Positions 9,152-17,136 of a DNA stretch of 64,000 bases are shown here, piece after piece (within the stretch, counting starts at the first letter, position 1; each line of letters starts with the position of its first letter). Source of the DNA: Armatimonadetes bacterium 13_1_40CM_64_14 (GTDB taxonomy: Bacteria > Sysuimicrobiota > Sysuimicrobiia > Sysuimicrobiales > Kaftiobacteriaceae); contig MNEU01000005.1 of assembly GCA_001917855.1 (NCBI GenBank), forward strand, positions 813 to 64,812. The letters run 5' to 3'. The notes under the pieces are model-generated. The model saw nothing but the letters and a program-made list of their open reading frames with translations, was not told where the DNA came from and did not search any database. Position numbers and translations under genes: made by a program.

Positions 9152-10669
9152 TATTGTGGTTCGCCAGTGAAAATGTCCGCCCCGTTGCCAGGCGAATGGG
9201 GGAGGCATGATCACCTTGACGCACCGTGCCGAACAGTGTCTGAAAGTCCTCTATGCCCTCGACCGTCGCGAACTGCTGATGGCCGAGGCCGCCGAACTCC
9301 TGGGACGATCGGTGCGCCAGGTCCGCCGCCTGCGCGCAGCTCTGCAGACCCGGGGCCTGGCCGCTCTCGTCCATGGGAATCACGGGCGTCCCCCCGTCAA
9401 CCGCATCCCGAACAACATCCGGGCCCGTGTCGTGCGCCTCGCCCGCAAGCTCTACGCCGGCCTCAACGATCATCACTTCCACGAGCTCCTGGTCGAGCGC
9501 GAAGGACTGGCCCTCTCCCGGCCCTCCATCCGCCGCATCCTGCGTGCGGCAGGCCTGCCGAGCCCGCGGCGTCGTCGCCCTCCGCGCCACCGCCGCCGTC
9601 GTCAGCGGATGCCTCACGCCGGCCTCCTCGTCCAGCTCGACGGGAGCACCCACGCCTGGCTCGACCAGCGCGGTCCGCGCCGCACCCTGATCGCGGCCAT
9701 CGATGATGCGATCGGTGAGGTCCTCGCCGCCGCGTTTCGCGAAGAGGAAGATGCCCACGGCTACGTCCAGGTCTGGCACACCCTCGCACATACGAAAGGC
9801 ATCCCGATCGCAGTCTACAGTGATCGCCACGGCATCTTCCACCGCAACAAGACCATACGCCTGACCCTCGAGGAGCAACTGGTGGGGGAACCCGCATCCA
9901 CGCAGGTCGCCCGGGCCCTGGCCGAACTCGCCATCCACTGGATCCCTGCTCAGAGCCCGCAGGCGAAGGGGCGCATCGAGCGGCTCTTTGGGACCTTCCG
10001 GGATCGCCTGCGGGCCGAACTGCGTCTCGCTCGCGTCGTCGACCGCGCGGCGGCCACTGCCTTCCTTCAAGGCTTCCTGCGACGCTACAATGCACGCTTC
10101 GCGCACCCGCCGACGCATCCGACCTCCGCCTATCGTCCCTGGCCCACGGGCCTCGATCCGCACACCATCTTCTGCTTCAAGTACCGGCGCACCGTGCGCA
10201 ACGACCACACGGTCCCCCTCGGCGCCGAACAGATCCAGCTCCTGCCCGATCCCCGACAGCGGGGCTATGCGAACGCGGTGGTCGAGGTCCCCGAACGTCT
10301 CGACGGGCGCATCGCGGTCTTCTACCAGGGGACACGTATCCCGTGCCGGCCACTTCCCCCCACACCATCGACCGCTCGCGTCCGCGCGCGCAGAAACCCG
10401 CGCATGCATCTGCCCCCCACCGACGCGCCGCGCATCCATTGGAGGAGGGGGAGTGTGGGTGCTCCCCCATCCCGCCCAACGCGTCCTGGGGCACTGACAA
10501 GACCAAACGAGCAACATCTGATGCTCATCGCCGAATCGAGCGGGATGGAGCCCGGGACCTGATCATCCATGGAGGCATCTGCCGGTGGGCAAGACGAAAT
10601 CCCCATCGCCAGGTGCGAGAGGACAAAATCGCTGACCTCTTAATCGGACAGAATCACTGACCCATCACA
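9152..10669 (+). mobile_element. IS481/ISNCY-like insertion sequence with about 24-bp imperfect inverted repeats starting TGTG
   Basis: Left IR tgtggttcgccagtgaaaatgtcc. Right-end reverse complement tgtgatgggtcagtgattctgtcc. A single DDE transposase ORF. Flanked by a 14-bp direct repeat. Confidence 0.6.
9207..10562 (+). CDS. DDE-type integrase-core transposase (IS481/ISNCY-like)
   Basis: N-terminal HTH (...LVHGNHGRPPVNRIP). DDE residues in LVQLDGSTHAW, IAVYSDRHGIF and SPQAKGRIERLFGT. Confidence 0.8.
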   Translation: MITLTHRAEQCLKVLYALDRRELLMAEAAELLGRSVRQVRRLRAALQTRGLAALVHGNHGRPPVNRIPNNIRARVVRLARKLYAGLNDHHFHELLVEREGLALSRPSIRRILRAAGLPSPRRRRPPRHRRRRQRMPHAGLLVQLDGSTHAWLDQRGPRRTLIAAIDDAIGEVLAAAFREEEDAHGYVQVWHTLAHTKGIPIAVYSDRHGIFHRNKTIRLTLEEQLVGEPASTQVARALAELAIHWIPAQSPQAKGRIERLFGTFRDRLRAELRLARVVDRAAATAFLQGFLRRYNARFAHPPTHPTSAYRPWPTGLDPHTIFCFKYRRTVRNDHTVPLGAEQIQLLPDPRQRGYANAVVEVPERLDGRIAVFYQGTRIPCRPLPPTPSTARVRARRNPRMHLPPTDAPRIHWRRGSVGAPPSRPTRPGALTRPNEQHLMLIAESSGMEPGT

Positions 10670-10683
10670 GGGTACTGTGGTTG
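10670..10683. repeat. right copy of the 14-bp direct repeat GGGTACTGTGGTTG
   Basis: See the left copy at 9138..9151. Confidence 0.45.
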
Positions 10684-10709
10684 AATCGTCGAACCTCCTC
10701 GCAGATCCC

Positions 10710-12140
10710 ATGCGCGTTCCTCGAATCGTTGTAGCCGGTACGCACAGTGGAGCCGGCAAGACCACGGTCACGCTTGGTCTGCTGCGCGCGCTCCAGCGGC
10801 GCGGCATGATTGTGCAGCCGTTTAAGGTGGGCCCCGATTTTATCGATCCCGGGTGGCAGACCGCCGCCGTCACGACCCCGGAACAGCCGGGCCGCCGCGC
10901 ACGCAATCTCGATACATGGTTGCTTCCCCCTGCGACTGTCGTCGAACTGTTTGCGCGCGACGCGGACGGAGCCGATGTGGCGGTGATTGAAGGCATGATG
11001 GGTCTGTACGACGGCGTGGATGGGCGGAGTGAGGCGGGTTCGAGCGCGGAGGTCGCCAAGCTCCTGCGCGCGCCGGTAGTGTTGGTTCTCGATGCGGCGG
11101 GATCGGTCCGTAGTGCCGCAGCGGTCGCCCTGGGGTTTGTGAGTTTTGATCCCGAGGTCACGCTTGCCGGGGTAATCGCCAACCGCGTCGGCGGACGCCG
11201 CCACGAGCAGTGGCTGCACGATGCGTTACACACTGCCGGAGTAACATTGTTAGGGGTTCTCCCGTGGGATGATCGTCTGAAGCTTCCCGAGCGACACCTC
11301 GGATTGGTGCCGGCCGCAGAGCACTCCGCCCTGGAGGCCATTGACGCGTTGGGGGATGCGGTGGAAGAGCACGTCGACGTCGCGGCGCTGGTGCGTGCCG
11401 CCCGGCTGGCCCTGCCCCTAGTGGTCCCCGGCCCTCAGATCTTTCCCCCGATGCCGGTCGCTCAGCAGGTCGCCCTAGGCGTGGCGCGCGACGAAGCCTT
11501 TTCGTTCTACTATGAGGATGCACTGGACCTATTGGAGTCGCGCGGCGCGCGCATCGTCCCCTTCAGCCCGTTGCATGATCGCGACCTGCCCCCCGTGCAC
11601 GGCTTGTACCTAGGAGGGGGATTTCCCGAAATCTACGCGGGGATGCTCGCCGAGAATGTACGCCTCCGGGGGCAGGTGAAAGAGGCAGTGGCCTCGGGGA
11701 TGCCGGTGTACGCAGAGTGCGGCGGCATGATGTACTTGGCGCAGACGCTGGTGGACGCGGCTGGGCGGGAACATCCCATGGTCGGGGTTCTCCCCATCGT
11801 CACCCGGATGCAGCCGCGCCTGGCGGCGCTGGGGTACGTCACTCTGACGGCGACAACTGATACGGTGTTGCTGCGCAAAGGAGAAACGGTCCGGGGCCAC
11901 GAGTTCCACTTTTCCACGATAACCCCCCTTCGCCCCGTGGAGTTTGGCTTAGCCTCGGAGGGCGGGCGCGGGCTCGCAGACGGGAAAGATGGTATTTGCA
12001 CGTCGACCGTGCTCGCGTCGTATGCGCATGTGCACTTTGCGTCTCATCCGGAAATGGCCGAACGATTTGTGGACGCCTGCAAGAATTACAAAGGGCAGAC
12101 CTGGGCGGCGGGAACCGCGGTCAAGCAGCCGGCGCGTTAG
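10710..12140 (+). CDS. cbiA: cobyrinate a,c-diamide synthase (CbiA/CobB family: ATPase plus glutamine amidotransferase domains)
   Basis: MRVPRIVVAGTHSGAGKTTVTLGL... and a C-terminal GATase with ...AECGGMMYL. The start is taken as the ATG 27 nt past the IS direct repeat. Confidence 0.75.
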   Translation: MRVPRIVVAGTHSGAGKTTVTLGLLRALQRRGMIVQPFKVGPDFIDPGWQTAAVTTPEQPGRRARNLDTWLLPPATVVELFARDADGADVAVIEGMMGLYDGVDGRSEAGSSAEVAKLLRAPVVLVLDAAGSVRSAAAVALGFVSFDPEVTLAGVIANRVGGRRHEQWLHDALHTAGVTLLGVLPWDDRLKLPERHLGLVPAAEHSALEAIDALGDAVEEHVDVAALVRAARLALPLVVPGPQIFPPMPVAQQVALGVARDEAFSFYYEDALDLLESRGARIVPFSPLHDRDLPPVHGLYLGGGFPEIYAGMLAENVRLRGQVKEAVASGMPVYAECGGMMYLAQTLVDAAGREHPMVGVLPIVTRMQPRLAALGYVTLTATTDTVLLRKGETVRGHEFHFSTITPLRPVEFGLASEGGRGLADGKDGICTSTVLASYAHVHFASHPEMAERFVDACKNYKGQTWAAGTAVKQPAR

Positions 12141-12181
12141 ACAGTGCGCGGCCGGGATCGTGAGGGGAGGATTGGTGAGGA

Positions 12182-12466
12182 GTGGCCAAGATCAGCGACG
12201 CTGAGGTCCGCACTCGCCTGAAGGAGCTGCCCGGATGGGAGGCGACGCCGGCCGGGATCCGCAAGACCTTCACGCGGCGCGACTTTAAAGATGCGATGCG
12301 ATTCGTCAACGCGGTGGCGGAGTTGGCCGAGGAGGCCAATCATCACCCCGACATCCTGCTGTTCGGGTGGAATAAGGTGACCTTCACACTTATGACCCAT
12401 AGCGAGAAAGCAATCACGGAGAAAGACCTCGCGCTCGCGGGCCGGATCGAACATGCCGCGCACTGA
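12182..12466 (+). CDS. phhB: 4a-hydroxytetrahydrobiopterin dehydratase (pterin-4a-carbinolamine dehydratase)
   Basis: ELPGWE..., ...EEANHHPDI..., WNKVTFTLMTHS signature. Confidence 0.8.
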   Translation: MAKISDAEVRTRLKELPGWEATPAGIRKTFTRRDFKDAMRFVNAVAELAEEANHHPDILLFGWNKVTFTLMTHSEKAITEKDLALAGRIEHAAH

Positions 12467-12523
12467 GACGGCGGATTCGTAGATCGGGGACTCTCTTCGC
12501 CTACTGAGGGTGGGAGACTTAAG

Positions 12524-12853
12524 CTAGACCGGGTAGCCCATGCTTTGCAAGGCGAGACGCCCATCATCGGAGAGGCGCTCGGGAGACCACGGCGGACTCC
12601 ACACAAAGTCGGTCTTGACGTGTTCTGCGCCGATGGACATGAGTTTGTTTTCGATCTCTCCCGCGATCGCCGGACCGACGGGACACCCGACCGCCGTCAG
12701 CGTCATCTTGATGGCGACGTCATACCCCGAGATCTGAAGGTCGTAGATGAGCCCCAGGTCCCAGATGTTCACCGGGATCTCCGGGTCGTAGATGGCGCGT
12801 AGCATCTCAATAACCTGCTCGCGAGCCAGTGCATCGCCCTCACTGAGTGTGCT
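12524..12853 (-). CDS. Fe-S cluster assembly/maturation protein, SufT/DUF59 (MIP18) family
   Basis: LRAIYDPEIPVNIWDLGLIY...VAIKMTLTAVGCP motif. Start taken as the MSTLSEG methionine. Confidence 0.7.
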   Translation of the reverse strand, partial: STLSEGDALAREQVIEMLRAIYDPEIPVNIWDLGLIYDLQISGYDVAIKMTLTAVGCPVGPAIAGEIENKLMSIGAEHVKTDFVWSPPWSPERLSDDGRLALQSMGYPV

Positions 12854-13008
12854 CATAGCGGATTGATTGTAGCAACCCCCCAAGAGGCGGTCAAATTCCA
12901 GGGGTGAGAGGCAGCACCGCGAGTACTTCAAGATTTCCGATCCGCCCCCCGGCCCAGCTCACTAGGAAGGATGGGTCGATGCGCGGTGGTCGCGAGGGTG
13001 CTTGCCGG

Positions 13009-13155
13009 CTACGACGGACTCGGTTCGCGCTCGCTGGTTTTCTCGGTTGGCGCGTCTGGGGCGGGGGGAGTAAGCCGCTGCACTTCCCGATCAATCACGT
13101 CCCGGGGCGTCCAGGTACCGACCCACAACGCCATTGGGTCTTTGTGCTCGTCCAT
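13009..13155 (-). CDS. candidate small protein (48 aa) with a strong Shine-Dalgarno sequence
   Basis: Minus strand has cGGAGGGacacATG. The product MDEHKDPMALWVGTWTPRDVIDREVQRL... has a protein-like composition. No homologue recognised. Confidence 0.25.
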   Translation of the reverse strand: MDEHKDPMALWVGTWTPRDVIDREVQRLTPPAPDAPTEKTSEREPSPS

Positions 13156-13163
13156 GTGTCCCT

Positions 13164-13200
13164 CCGAAAACGCAAAACGCCTCCGCGCATCGCGGAGGCG
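13164..13200 (-). terminator. hairpin cgcctccgcg-atgc-gcggaggcg plus UUUUGCGUUUU on the minus strand (terminator or leader attenuator)
   Basis: Perfect 9-bp stem and U-tract. Sits between a consensus promoter and the small ORF's RBS. Confidence 0.45.
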
Positions 13201-13234
13201 TCGTGGCCTCTCTTCGAAGACTGATTGCACTGTC

Positions 13235-13262
13235 ATCATAGCATGGGAGGGGTCTCTGTCAA
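13235..13262 (-). promoter_or_regulatory. near-consensus sigma-A-type promoter on the minus strand (TTGACA-16-TATGAT)
   Basis: The minus strand reads cTTGACAgagacccctcccatgcTATGATgac. The region is lower in GC. Confidence 0.45.
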
Positions 13263-13422
13263 GATTTTGTACTGCCTCAGTAATTCCTGTGGAGCCGCAG
13301 CTCTAGTCAGGGTGTCTCGGATCTATCTGAGGCAGCGCAGATTTGAGGGGGAGAGGAAGACTCCGCAGCCGTCCACGATGGAGAAAGGTCGGTCCCGGAC
13401 TGTTCCATCCTGCGGGCGAGTC

Positions 13423-14532
13423 CTAGGCCCCGAAGGTGGCCTGTTTCACGGTGTACTTCTCGATGCGGTCGAGCTTCACTGTCACCCCTAAGCCGACAGA
13501 GGTCGGCACGCTGACGGTTCCGTCGCTGTTCAGGGCCACCGGCGGGTCGATGAGGTCTTCGTGATAATAGCGATCGCTAGCCGAAAGGTCGCTGGGGAGC
13601 CGAAAGTTGGGCAAAGACGCCAGGGCCAGGTTGGCGGCCCGGCCAATGCCGGTCTCCAAGAGCCCCCCGCACCATACCGGAATGCCATGCTGTTGGCAGA
13701 TGTCATGGGTGGCGATGGCCGCCCCCAACCCGCCCAGGCGCGCCGCCTTGATATTGATCACCCGGCAACTGCCCAACTGGATGGCTTTGCGCGCATCATC
13801 GGGGCCGACAATAGACTCATCTAGACACAGGGGGGTACGCAGCTGCGCTTGCAGCGCGGCGTGGTCGACGATGTCGTCTTCGCCTAGCGGCTGTTCGATG
13901 AGCAGTAAGTCAAGCGCGTCTATCTCGCGAAAGATGCCCGCCTGCGCCAGCGTGTACGCAGAATTGGCATCGACCTGCAGCCGGATGGGTCCGAACGCCC
14001 GACGCACCTCGCGCGTGACTTGGACATCCCATCCCGGTTTGATCTTGATCTTGACGCGTCGGTACCCCCGGCGAAGAAAATCGCTAATGCGTTGCAAAAG
14101 CGCATCGATCGATGGTTCGATCCCGAGGCTCACACCGACCTCGACAGAGGTTTTGGTGCCGCCCAGTACCCGTGCTAACGATGTCGCCTGGAACTTGCTG
14201 GACAGGTCCCACAGCGCCGCCTCCACTCCCGCCTTGGCCATGTGATGCCGTCTCAACCGCCGGACTAACGGCGGGAAGTCGCGGGGGTGAGCGATCTCCT
14301 GGCCGACAACCGCGGGGAGAATGAACTGCTCCAGGATGTGCCAGGCGGTGCCCGTGGTTTCTTCGTTGTACAGCGGCGCGGTCTCGACGGGAACCTCCCC
14401 CCATCCCTCCTGCCCGTCCGCGGTCAGCCGCACGAGCAGGCACGAGTGGCTCTCTTGCCGCCCAAAACTGGTCTCAAATGGGAAAATCAGAGGCAGGTTG
14501 ACCTGCCGCACTTCGGCGCGGCGGATTCTCAC
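13423..14532 (-). CDS. enolase-superfamily MR/MLE enzyme, o-succinylbenzoate synthase/N-succinylamino-acid racemase (MenC/NSAR)-like
   Basis: KIKIKPG, DANSAY and LIEQPL motifs typical of the OSBS/NSAR subgroup. Confidence 0.7.
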   Translation of the reverse strand: MRIRRAEVRQVNLPLIFPFETSFGRQESHSCLLVRLTADGQEGWGEVPVETAPLYNEETTGTAWHILEQFILPAVVGQEIAHPRDFPPLVRRLRRHHMAKAGVEAALWDLSSKFQATSLARVLGGTKTSVEVGVSLGIEPSIDALLQRISDFLRRGYRRVKIKIKPGWDVQVTREVRRAFGPIRLQVDANSAYTLAQAGIFREIDALDLLLIEQPLGEDDIVDHAALQAQLRTPLCLDESIVGPDDARKAIQLGSCRVINIKAARLGGLGAAIATHDICQQHGIPVWCGGLLETGIGRAANLALASLPNFRLPSDLSASDRYYHEDLIDPPVALNSDGTVSVPTSVGLGVTVKLDRIEKYTVKQATFGA

Positions 14533-15374
14533 CCCGATGCTCCTTCCCCCGCCTGGCGTTCCAGGATGTAGGAGCCTGCAGCGGCGCTCTGCGGGCCCAC
14601 GAAGTCAATGGCGCGGTAGCCGCGATGGAAGTAGTGTACGAAGACCTGGCGCGAGGCCCGCCGCCAAGCCAGGGCGATGTCGGGGTGAGTTGTCTTCAGT
14701 TCCCCGATGGCGGTGGGAATATCAATCCGAATGACTGGTCCGGCGAGGTCCAGCGCCGGGGCCTCGGGCATGACAATCTTCCCTCGGGTAATCCCGCGCA
14801 ACGCTGGGGGGACCGTGGGCCACGACCGCGGCACTGCCGTCTCGGTCAGCGCGGCGTCCACCCGGGGGTCGCGTAACCACCAGTCGACCTCCAATCGATC
14901 GCTCGGAAGCCCGCGGTTGATCTCGTCAGGCATCTCCCCGTAGTAATCCGCATAGTAGCGGTGGGCGGTGGCCCCCAACTTGCGGAGGTTAAAGGCCGCA
15001 TTCAGGCTTTGCAAGGGGTCGAAGGTCCACATCATCCAGTCCAACCCTTGGTCCAGCGCCGCTTGGCGCTGGGCGCCCTTGAGCAGGAATCCGATGTGGT
15101 GATTCTGGAATCCGGGCCGCACTCCCGCCATGTGGGAGTAGAAGAAGAGTTTGCCCGCACGCATCCCGACCCATCCGTAGCAGAATCCCAGCAGTGCTCC
15201 CGTGTGATCGAATGCGCCGAGCACATTGCCTCCGGCGGCTACGGCCGCGAGGAGTTGGTGCACGGGCACGATCTCGCGATCGCGCATCCCCCACACGTCT
15301 CGTTGCAGATCTTCGATCCCGCGCAGTCCACCGGCGTCGGTGATGCGACGGATGTTGGGCGCCGTCATCGTCAC
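14529..15374 (-). CDS. GNAT-fold acyltransferase-like protein. Its stop overlaps the MenC/NSAR-like start
   Basis: 281 aa. An N-terminal acetyltransferase-like core (assignment weak), with a 4-nt overlap to the downstream gene. Confidence 0.45.
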   Translation of the reverse strand: MTMTAPNIRRITDAGGLRGIEDLQRDVWGMRDREIVPVHQLLAAVAAGGNVLGAFDHTGALLGFCYGWVGMRAGKLFFYSHMAGVRPGFQNHHIGFLLKGAQRQAALDQGLDWMMWTFDPLQSLNAAFNLRKLGATAHRYYADYYGEMPDEINRGLPSDRLEVDWWLRDPRVDAALTETAVPRSWPTVPPALRGITRGKIVMPEAPALDLAGPVIRIDIPTAIGELKTTHPDIALAWRRASRQVFVHYFHRGYRAIDFVGPQSAAAGSYILERQAGEGASG

Positions 15375-15434
15375 TCACTGTACCAAAATTTTTTCGCGCG
15401 AAGCAGGAAAACAGCAGATCGATGTCGCATTGCA

Positions 15435-17033
15435 TCAATCCAAACGAACCCTCGCATCCGGTGCGATGCGGGCGGTGTACCTCAGTGGGCACCCGTGCGC
15501 TGGGCCAGTCAACAGCGTGCGATCACGAGCGCAGCGGCGCGAGCGTTGTGACGCTCCGCGCGAAATGCGCGAAGGGAGGTTCCCCGTGGCAAAGAAGAAG
15601 GCCAAGAAGAAGAGATAGAAGGACGATCGCGAGCCTCGGCTCGCGCGCGGCGACGGGGATTCCTCTCGTCGCCGCGTTTCTTTTTCGGCGGGATGAGGAC
15701 TCAGACCCACGGGTGAGGGGAACGCGGGCGCGTGGAGCGCCCGCCATGCCGGTGGCAGTGCCGCCAGTCGCCCGCGGCAGCGCTGGCGGATCGCGTCGAG
15801 CGAATCCAGCCGGAGGGTCCGGCCGCGGGCCATGACCTGCACGAGCAAAGGCGTCATCCCCTCCGGTCGCGGTTCATTGCGCAGCCCGATCGTGTCGGCG
15901 AGGGCGCTGCTGTCAGTCTGCGTGCGCCACACCTGCTTGCGGCCGGGGAGAGTCGCCTTGCCGGTGGACAACTTGATCTTGGGTCCGGCGGCGTCTTCGA
16001 CGAGTTTGTAGACGCCGCCCAGACTCGGCGCATCCTCGGAGGTTCCCATCCGGGTGCCGACTCCGAAGGCGTTCACGACGGCGCCGTGCGCCAGCAGGTC
16101 GGCAATGCGGTACTCGTCCAGGTCACTGGACAGCAGAATCTGGACCTCCGTCAGCCCCGCAGCATCAAAAATCCCCCGCACCCGACGGCTGAGGGCCGCC
16201 AAGTCCTCCAGGGTCTCGTAACTGTCAATCCGCACTCCCCGCAGCCGCTGGCCGCGCGCAGCCATCTCGCGAGCCACGGTGACGGCGTGATGGGCCCCCT
16301 GAATGGTGTCATACGTGTCAATCAGAAAGGTGGCATTGTGGGGGAAGTCGTGGGCAAAGGCCCGGAATGCCGTCAGTTCGTCGCTGAATGACATGATGTA
16401 CGAATGGGCCATGGTGCCGTAGACGGGGATGCCGTAGTGCATCCCTGCGAGAACATTGGATGTGCCAACGCACCCCGCCACGTATGAGGCTCGCGCGACC
16501 TTCAAGGCTGCGTCGGTCGCATGATCGCGGCGCGGCGAAAAGTCGACCACCCCGCGGTCGGTGGCCGCCAGGACGACCCGCGCAGCCTTAGAGGCGATCA
16601 TCACCTGGAAGCTCAGCACATTCAGAAGGAACGTTTCCACGAGCTGCGCTTCGATTCGGGGGGCGGTGACCTCCACGAGCGGCTCCATGGCGAAGACCAG
16701 CTCGCCTTCCGGGATCGCCCATACCTCTCCACTGAAGCGGAAGGTGCGCAAGTAAGTGAGGAACTCCTCGCTGAACATGCGGAGCCCCGCCAAATAGCCG
16801 ATCTGGTCCTGGTCAAACCGGAGGTGTTCTAAGTAGTACAGCACTGACTCCAGCCCGGCATTGACTAGGAAGGACCGGTTGGCAGGGAGCCCACGGATGA
16901 ACAAATCAAACGTCGCAGGTTCGTTCATGCCCTGGCGGAGGTAGCTGTCGATCATCACCAGCTCATACAGGTCCGTCATCAGCCCCATATTCTGCGGGGT
17001 TACAAAACCGAAGGAGGGGTAGGGTTCACTCAT
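15435..17033 (-). CDS. pncB: nicotinate phosphoribosyltransferase. The C-terminal ~90 aa are a low-complexity extension
   Basis: NAPRTase family motifs (YELVMIDSY, GTMAHSYIMSF, FGVGTRM, GGVYKLV). At 532 aa the ORF is longer than typical family members. Confidence 0.85.
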   Translation of the reverse strand: MSEPYPSFGFVTPQNMGLMTDLYELVMIDSYLRQGMNEPATFDLFIRGLPANRSFLVNAGLESVLYYLEHLRFDQDQIGYLAGLRMFSEEFLTYLRTFRFSGEVWAIPEGELVFAMEPLVEVTAPRIEAQLVETFLLNVLSFQVMIASKAARVVLAATDRGVVDFSPRRDHATDAALKVARASYVAGCVGTSNVLAGMHYGIPVYGTMAHSYIMSFSDELTAFRAFAHDFPHNATFLIDTYDTIQGAHHAVTVAREMAARGQRLRGVRIDSYETLEDLAALSRRVRGIFDAAGLTEVQILLSSDLDEYRIADLLAHGAVVNAFGVGTRMGTSEDAPSLGGVYKLVEDAAGPKIKLSTGKATLPGRKQVWRTQTDSSALADTIGLRNEPRPEGMTPLLVQVMARGRTLRLDSLDAIRQRCRGRLAALPPAWRALHAPAFPSPVGLSPHPAEKETRRREESPSPRASRGSRSSFYLFFLAFFFATGNLPSRISRGASQRSRRCARDRTLLTGPAHGCPLRYTARIAPDARVRLD

Positions 17034-17136
17034 CTGCGTTTGCAGGGAAGGCGGTGCAACGTCCCCATGATCGGCCGGCGCCGCGGCAGCGTCAAGTTCA
17101 GCGTGTGGTCTCCTCGGGGGGCCAGTCCGACCTGCC

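Noticed and set aside
9006-10517. 503-aa minus-strand ORF overlapping the IS transposase, plus many similar long antisense ORFs (e.g. 1782..2819 -, 4038..4811 -, 7744..8556 -, 21192..22235 -, 92..1105 +).
   Set aside because: They have an Arg/Pro/Gly-rich junk composition. They lie entirely inside well-supported genes on the other strand or frame. These are typical stop-codon-poor shadow ORFs of a ~70% GC genome.
15585-15620. Tiny Lys-rich peptide (…VAKKKAKKKR*) on the plus strand, antisense to the pncB tail.
   Set aside because: It is the end of a long junk-composition ORF with no RBS. It more likely reflects the odd sequence of the pncB 3' extension than a real gene.
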